Positions 53,342 through 64,000 of a stretch of 64,000 nucleotides of DNA are shown piece by piece (positions within the stretch are counted from its first letter, which is position 1; each line of letters begins with the position of its first letter). The position numbers and the translations under genes were made by a program. Source of the DNA: the human T2T-CHM13v2.0 reference genome, Homo sapiens. Location: NCBI RefSeq assembly GCF_009914755.1, contig NC_060932.1, one strand, 5' to 3'. Below the pieces are notes generated by a model. That model was given only the letters and a program-made list of their open reading frames with translations, was not told where the DNA came from and did not search any database.

Positions 53342-54744
53342 CATTTTACTACAAATTCCCTTTTCTGGCACTAATGTGTGGAAGACAAATTCATGTTTTA
53401 GGGATTTTGGGGGGCAGAAAAATAACTTACTTTCATTTATTCTTATTGAGATCATTAATGAAGGCTCCTTTCCAGATACTGTTCATAAATGCTATTCTAT
53501 TTAACGTTTAGTTCTTAGTACTAGATCACAAGTTAAAAAAACAAAACAAAGAAACCTGTAAGTCCTACGGTTATCTCTTCCTCTTAAATCTTGTCTTCTT
53601 AGTCCTTTATTACAGTGACAGCGGCATGGGCAGTCATCCATTCACTCCCTCATTCAAGTCAGAAAAACATCTCAGTCCCAGGGGCAAAAGACTCCTAGTA
53701 GCACCTGGACTCCAGAATGGACTTAGCAGTAGATGGAGGTCTTAGGAGACCTATTTTCATCAGTTCCAACGTGAGTTGCTCAGGGGTGTTAAGAGCTTCC
53801 AGCAGGGACCCAAACAGTTCTAGTGACCCCAAGAATTTGGCAGATGAGGCTGTACTCTGAACAGGGATGCCAAGCCTCTTCATAGTTTCTCGTGCCCTTT
53901 GAGACCTGGACAGGGATCCTAACTACAGTCTCACTAGCAAGGACCAGAAGCACATTTGATGACAATATCTATTTGGACAAATTTCAGTCATGACAAGGTC
54001 TGACACTGCCAGGGTTATATTAGTCAACCATTTCATTGTCCACACAACAGAGAGCAAAGCTAAGCAGATTTTAACTATGTGGGACTACAGGTACTGAATC
54101 AACTCGACAGAGCAGTGGTGCAGAAAGAATTGAGGCTGGTCTGTGCTGTGATTCTTTTCACTGAGTTGGAGAGTCAGATGCAGCGGCCTCCCCATCAAAC
54201 AGGAGAACCACAACCTATCCACCAAGGAAGAGGGCTCATGGGAGCAGGGTGGCCGCTTGTTCTTCCTCCAGCTCTACCTGTTCTGAGTCAACAGTTCCAG
54301 GATGAACCTCGCCTAAAAGTCTTCCAGGGGAGCGAGAGTGGAATGTCTGGCTTAAGGATGCAGTCTGACCCCACAGCTCACAGTGGCAGGAAAGCAGAGC
54401 CCTTGCCCCAGGAAAAAGTAGCCAAGTGCACACTTTCCACTATGTGAAGACCAAGTCCTGCCCTCACAAAGCTAAGTGTGTTTAAATTCAGTCTTGAGGC
54501 TGAGAGTGAGAAAAGCCACTCGCTATTCTTTCCTCTTGGCCTTTCTTGGTGCAGACTGAAGCTGCAAAGGATTCCTACATGAACCATTCTGTTCTTTGGA
54601 GAACAGAAATGAAAAATGAAACTCGGCCACTCACTACCACCTATTTCCTCTTTAAGAAATTAGCAAAATACAGTGACTGAAGATAGAAGGTCCTTTCAAG
54701 TAGGATATGAAGAACTGTAAGCATCTAGGATTAAAAAATTCCCT

Positions 54745-56050
<1,306 letters not shown>

Positions 56051-56332
56051 GGTTTTAAAAAGTTCTCAAAGCTGTCCTGTTCTCCTCTAAGGAGGCTGTG
56101 GTCTTTTCTAGGTGTTGTAATTTTCCTTCAGCAAATGGAACTGAATTGATCCAGTAAAAAAGTAAAGGGTTCCTCTTTTTTGTGAAAAGGTGAGGGGAGG
56201 AATACAGGTGACCTGTGGATCCCTGTATGGAGACAGGGGTGTGGGCAGCAGTGAGGGAAATGGGCACAGGCCGACTAAGGTTGGGGTGCAGTGTGGAGAA
56301 AAGGGTTGCTCCTTAAAAAGTAGGGTGCTCCT

Positions 56333-56966
<634 letters not shown>

Positions 56967-57233
56967 AGTGGGGTGCTCCTGCTTAGAAAGCAACGGTCCT
57001 TCACTACTTCCCGTTGCAGATGGGTAGAGGAAGGCATGCTAGGCCCTACTTTTGCAGACAGAACATGGGGTTGGTTGGCATGCAGAAGGGGGTGGAGAAA
57101 GAAGACTCAGGTGCTCGTTGGCGGAAAAAGCTGACATTTCAGGATCAGCAGAGTTCTTGACCTTCTGCAAGAGGGCATCTATCTACCAGAGGATGTCCAA
57201 ATTAGGATAAACACAGTAAAGAAGTGATGACAT

Positions 57234-57826
<593 letters not shown>

Positions 57827-57929
57827 GAAGTGATGACACAATCAATTATAGTATATGCTTGTTAATAATAAAAGTAAAACCAAAAATGTTAACCCTTTCC
57901 TACATAAAACACAAATTTATTTTTATTTA

Positions 57930-58076
<147 letters not shown>

Positions 58077-58539
58077 CTAATAAATAAAAAAAAAATCACT
58101 GTAAGTATGGTTAATAAAGTTTATGGGTGAAAATATTTTCTAAAACGCTATTTTAAAAAATTATATTATGTCCCTATGAAAATGATGTTTTACACATTAC
58201 AGTTATAACACAATCAGAAAATTATTTAAAATTACCTGTACATAGAGAAAAGTTGACTTTCTGACCCTCACTGGGCTCAGGTCTGAAACCATCCAACAGC
58301 AACAGATAAAAATGCGAAACTTCAAAGTGTAGAGAAACTGGTCAGCAATACCCACAAGTGTTCATGAAATCTAAACAGACACCTTTTGCAGGGGTGAATT
58401 TAGAAAAGGATCTTCTGTCACCCATGGACCCAGGGACTAGAAAGGTCAATGTGAAGGTGACTATCTAGGAGTGTCGTATCATGAAGAGATGCTGGACCCT
58501 GGAGTCCAACAGACCTACACAAGAATTAGGCTCCAGTAT

Positions 58540-58843
<304 letters not shown>

Positions 58844-59974
58844 ACAGGTTCCAGTATTATTAAGAGTGTAACCTTGGAAAAATGATTAATTTCCTGAGGT
58901 GAGGTTTTCTGATCTAAAAAGAAATGATATACTTTCCTTGCAGGTTGTTAAGAACTAGATATAATAAATCCAAAACACTAGCAGCACAGTGTTGGGCAAT
59001 AAATGGCAGCTGACCCTACTCCTCCTCGAGCTTTCTTTCATTATAAAGGCACAGCACACTCAAGACATGAGAGAACCTGGTTTCAGGAGGAGTGCTTAGC
59101 TTTTGTTATTCTGACGTAACAGTCCCAGCCTGAGCAACCTTACCTGCTGTGTGAAAGGAAGATGGGCCTGTGTTACCAGAAATAGTAATAATCAAAACAA
59201 TACGTTAGCTTGGACTTAAGTGTATTTTAAGGAAGAAATTACTCAGTTCTCAGAATTAAAAATGTATTATCTTACTGAAGATAAATGAAAGCACTGGTTT
59301 TTAAATATTTTTGGTCACGGGCCCTCTTGAACAGTCTGATGATTTCTAAAATGTTCTCTCCAGAAAACTAAACCTACACAAAAACTAGGTCAAAAAATTA
59401 GGGATTTAAAAACCTTGCTCTGTATTAGAGGAATTTTTGGATGTTAGGTATATTGTTTTCTCAATTTTTCTCACTAACCAATGTAAATGAGGATAATTTT
59501 TGGGATGTCCTAAGTAATAGTGGGTTCTATTCTGAATGGACGTCAGCACAACAGAGTCATGGAGCAACACGGGCCCAGCATAGATGTCACAGTTCTCAAG
59601 GGCAATTCAGAATGATACTTTTCTGTGAAATCTAAGTTTTAACCGTTGACAATTTGTTAAGAAAGTTAAAAGTTGTGGGGAACAAATCTGGTCAGTTGGC
59701 GTTAGTTTGCTACTTTACAGCCTCCTGGCTTTAAAATTCAAAGGTATTATTGGGAGAACAGTACAAATTTGAAAAGACCTGTAGATTAAATAAGAGTATT
59801 GTTTCAAGGATAATTTTTTGATTGTTAGGGATAAGTGGGCATTGTGTTTACAAATTACTTCCAAAGAATTCAGAAAATTGTGTGTCTGGGAGGCAGGGTA
59901 GCAAGATAAAAAGAGGGAGGACAGCTGGGGTTGGTAAAAACAAATGTAAAATGACAACATTTGGAGAAACCTGG

Positions 59975-60403
59975 TGTAATGATTACTTTTGTGTCAATTT
60001 GGCTAGGACACAATACCAATATCCTATGTACTTAAGCCAGATACTTAAGTCGAAGGAGTAACAATTAATTCAATTAAACACTATTCCAGGTGTTCAGCTG
60101 AAGGTATTTTATACATGTGGTTAACATCTATAGTCAGCTCACTTTTTAAGGAAATTATCTTCAATAATCTAGATGGTCCTTATCCAATCAGTTGAAAGCC
60201 TTCAAAACTGAGCAAAACAGGTTTTCCTGGGGAAGAAATCCCGCCTGTGAACTGCAGCTTCAGCAGCAGCCCAAGGCTTTCCAGCCTGCCTGCCTGCCCT
60301 ACAAAATTTCAAACCTGCCAGCCTCCACAATCACGTAAGCCAGTTCCTTAAATCTATCTATACAAATCTCTCCTGCTGGTTTTGTTTTGCTGGCCCTGAT
60401 AAA
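59975..60403 (+). mobile_element. MLT2-type (ERVL) LTR, MLT2D-like
   Basis: TGTAATGATTACTTTTGTGTCAATTTGGCTAGG start; ATCCAATCAGTTGAAAGCC and CCACAATCACGTAAGCCA motifs. Confidence 0.75.
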
Positions 60404-61836
60404 GATTTTGATACCATGAAATGGAATGTGGCTGTAACAAACACCTAAAAATGTAGAAGTGGCTTTGGAACTGGGCAATGGTAGAAGCTGGAAGAGTTCT
60501 GAGACACATGATAGGGAAACACCTACATTGCCCTGAAGAGACTGTTGGTAGAAATATGGATGTCAAATGTAGTTCTGGTGAGGATCCACAAGGAAGTGCA
60601 ATGTGTGAGAGAAAGCATCTACCATCTTAGAGAAGACATGTATGGCCATGAAACAGATTATTGGTACAAATATGAATGTTAAAAGGTGCTTCTGGTGAGG
60701 TCTTAGAAGGAAATCAAGAACATGATATTAGATACTGATAGGTGATCCTTGTTGTAAAGTGGCAGAAAGCTTGGCTGAATTGTTGGGTGGAAAGCAGAAT
60801 TCTAAGTGATGATATGTAGTTGAGATTTCCAAGCAAAGTGCTGAAGGTGTGGCCTGGTTTATCCTTGCTGTTTATAGTACAATGCAAGAAGAAGATATAT
60901 TGATGAAAGAACTGTTAAGCAAAAAGAAACTGCCAGTTGATGATGTGAGAGGATCTTGTGCCTATCGAGATTGAAAACGATGCTACAATTAGGAAATGAA
61001 TTGTTAGGAAAGCATGCTTTGGAGAGAAGGCCAAGGCTATAATAGCTGGACAACTTTTTGCCAAAGAGATTAGGTATATATCTAGTGGAGCCAATCGATC
61101 ATCTCAGCAGAAGCCAGGAACATAACAGGACTATCCAGAAAGATGTGTGGATCACACTCTTGTTTAATGGCATGGTTTCTCTTAACACATACAGAAGACC
61201 CACAAGGATTTTGAGAATGATATACCAGCAGACATATGGCCAGCCTAGAATGAAAGGGACAGAAACAATAAGAGGAAGGGAGGCTGAATTCTAGGATTCT
61301 ACAGGCAGAAAATGGGTCAACAGAGCTACAAACGTGCTAACCTTTAAGAAAAAGAAGAACAACTGAGAGTGTAGGGCTCAGGCCCGAAGAAGCCAGCCAT
61401 AGCCCCAGAGGGCAGAATATCAAGCCACACAGCATTATTCTCAGGCCTTAAAACTCAACGGAATTGTCCCTGCTAAGTTTCAACCTTGCTTAGGACTGGT
61501 GATCCTTTGTTCCTTCCAATTTCTCCTTTTTGCAATGAGATCGTATATCTTATGCTTGTCCCACTACTGTATTTTAAAAGTTACAAACCTGTTTTCTAGG
61601 TTCACAGGTCCACAGATGGAGACGAATTCTGCCCCAGAATAGAGCATACTCAAGAGTGTCATCCATCCTTAATGCAGATGCGGATGATCAGATTAGGGAC
61701 TTTTGATTATATTTATAAGGGATTTTGGACATAGTGTTGATGCTGTAATGAGTTTAGACTTTTGGGGACCTTAGAATGGGGTGACCATCTTTTGCCGATG
61801 GGATGGACATGAATTTTTAGGTGTCAGTGGGTAGAC
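60404..61836 (+). mobile_element. MaLR internal sequence (MLT1-int/MLT-int-like), decayed
   Basis: GATTTTGATACC...AAAAATGTAGAAGTGGCTTTGGAACTGGG start typical of MaLR internals; decayed PPT before the 3' LTR. Confidence 0.7.
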
Positions 61837-62307
61837 CATAGTGGCATGAATATTGTCCCCTAAAAAGTATGTTCAAGTCCTGACCCCTGATACCTGCAAA
61901 TGTTACCTTACTTGGAAATAAGGTCTTTTCAGATGTAATTAACGATCTTGAGATGAGATCATCCTGGATTTCAGGTAAACCCTAAATCCAATGACTAATG
62001 TCTTCATAAAACAAAAAGGAGAGGGAGAGATTTAATTCACACACAGTGAGGGAGACTATGGATAGATGGTGGCAGAGATTGGAGTGATATGTGAACAAGC
62101 CAAATAATGCCAAAGGTTGTCAACAGCCGCCAGAAGCTGGACGAAGCTAGTAAGGATTCTCCCTTAGAGCCTTTGGAGGGAATGTGGCCCTGCTAACTCC
62201 TTGATTTAGGACCCATGGTCTTTAGAACCATGAGATAGTAGGTTTCTATAGTTTTAAGCCACCAAGTTTGTGGTAATTTTTTATGGTAGAACTAGGAAAC
62301 CAATACA
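61837..62307 (+). mobile_element. MLT1-type MaLR LTR (MLT1C/D-like)
   Basis: ACCTTACTTGGAAATAAGGTCTTTTCAGATGTAATT, CCCTAAATCCAATGACT, TTTAAGCCACCAAGTTTGTGGTAATTT; ends GAAACCAATACA. Confidence 0.8.
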
Positions 62308-62631
62308 CTGGGTGAAGTGAATGTTAGAATTCTTTGTACTGTTTTGTGTTACTTTTCTATAAGGTGAAATTATATAAAAATAAAAAGTTTAAATACTATC
62401 CAACAATATCTTCAGCTTTGCATGGAGACAGCTACGTAATCTGGTACCTTTCTCTCACAACCCTTAAAAAATCATTTTGTTCTATGTCCTATATTTAAAA
62501 ATAATTTAAAATACTCCCTTCATGGCACTTAACAAAGACACATATTAATTGTCTGTGACATTGACCAAAGAATTAACTTCACAATTCTGGACAGTAAATT
62601 TATACCATCTTCTTAAAAGAGTCAAACGCAT

Positions 62632-62968
62632 TGCAATGATATGAATGTTTGCATTCCCTCCTAAATTCATAATAAAACTTAATCCCCAATGCAACAGTAT
62701 CAAGAGGTAGAGATTTTAGGAGGTGAGTAGGCCATGAGAATTAGTGCCTTAAAAAAGGACTGGAGGGAACTAGCTAGGCCCCTTTCTGTCCCTCCTCCTT
62801 CCACCACGTGAGAATGCAGCAACGTGGTGCCATCTTGGAAGCAGAGAGCAGCTCTCACCAGACACTTGATCATACAATTCCCAGCCTTCGTAATTGTAAA
62901 AAAAAAATGTCTATTTATAAGTAATCCAGTCTCAGATATTTTTTTAATAGCAGGAATGGATTAAGACA
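62632..62968 (+). mobile_element. Solo MaLR LTR (MST/MLT1A-like)
   Basis: TGCAATGATATGAATGTTTG...AATCCCCAATGCAACAGTAT...GCCATCTTGGAAGCAGAGAGCAG...GATTAAGACA. Confidence 0.75.
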
Positions 62969-63050
62969 ATTACATGTAAGAATTTGACCCATAATAAAAT
63001 TACTCATCACAAATAACTAATTTCAATATACTTTACTGATTAAAACTTAC

Positions 63051-63123
63051 CAATGGCTTTTCACTTACAGGAGATGGAGGTGGGGGGGCAGTTTCTCCAG
63101 AATTGGGTCGCCAGGTCAACAGC
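63051..63123 (-). CDS. ARFGEF1: ARFGEF1 coding exon ([24 protein letters not shown]); upstream exons outside window
   Basis: cttaaAG / TTG|GTAAGT, 73 bp, phase 2-0. Confidence 0.9.
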
Positions 63124-63476
63124 CTTTAAGATACCAAAACCACGTCAATCACTAGGGGGCTGTGCCACATGCCACATCCAGCATATTTTGAAATGGGCCC
63201 AAGAAAGTAACAAGAACATACCAACTAAACAGTCCATCTTTGACCACTGCTAATTTTAGCAATTTCCTAAAAAACATCTAGTAAAAAGTTTAAAATATGT
63301 ACTTTTAGAAAAAAATTAAGTGGCATTTAATATAATTAAAAGGGTAATATGGTCACCAGTTTTGCATTAAAAGAACACTTTCTGATAAGTTTTAAAGATT
63401 TCAGACCTCCTTTCCCTAAGTATTAATATCAAATATTTTCCAAAGTAAGAGGCTTCTCAAAAAAAAAAAAAAATCA

Positions 63477-63783
<307 letters not shown>

Positions 63784-64000
63784 CTACCTCACTATAATTC
63801 CATTTCACACTCATCCCTTAGAGAAAGATGACAAGCTGTTATGAAATACGAAATATAGTATGTGTAAATACATTTTCCTTAGATTATTAAAAGATCAGTA
63901 ACAGAAACAGGCTGAGATTTTTTTTTTTCCAATTCAAAACCACTGCTTGGTTTGATCTGAATAAATAAAATCTTATAAAAGTCAGCAGAATCACTTCATT

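Overview
Primate (very probably human) genomic DNA holding the 3' portions of two convergent multi-exon genes. On the + strand are the last 13 coding exons of CSPP1 (494..42053). On the - strand are the last 7 coding exons of ARFGEF1/BIG1 (63123..45394), with its 3'UTR ending near 44130. I spliced the exons by hand and every junction keeps frame; one CSPP1 intron needs a GC donor. The introns are rich in retroelements: about 35 Alus, an antisense SVA, a processed NPM1 pseudogene, a solo LTR17 (HERV-W LTR), old L1/L2/MIR fragments, MaLR/ERVL LTR elements and a MER30. There is no prokaryotic-type system, CRISPR array or supportable RNA gene, and I cannot support a new biological system here. The most unusual structures are: a MER30 carrying an inverted 177-bp copy of nearby intron sequence; an LTR element with two different LTR families that looks like one insertion; a patchwork templated insert inside an L1; repeated re-use of the same L1-endonuclease sites; and a candidate antisense terminal exon of ARFGEF1 overlapping a CSPP1 exon. 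Gene and repeat identities come from recalled sequences, and repeat boundaries and subfamilies are approximate.
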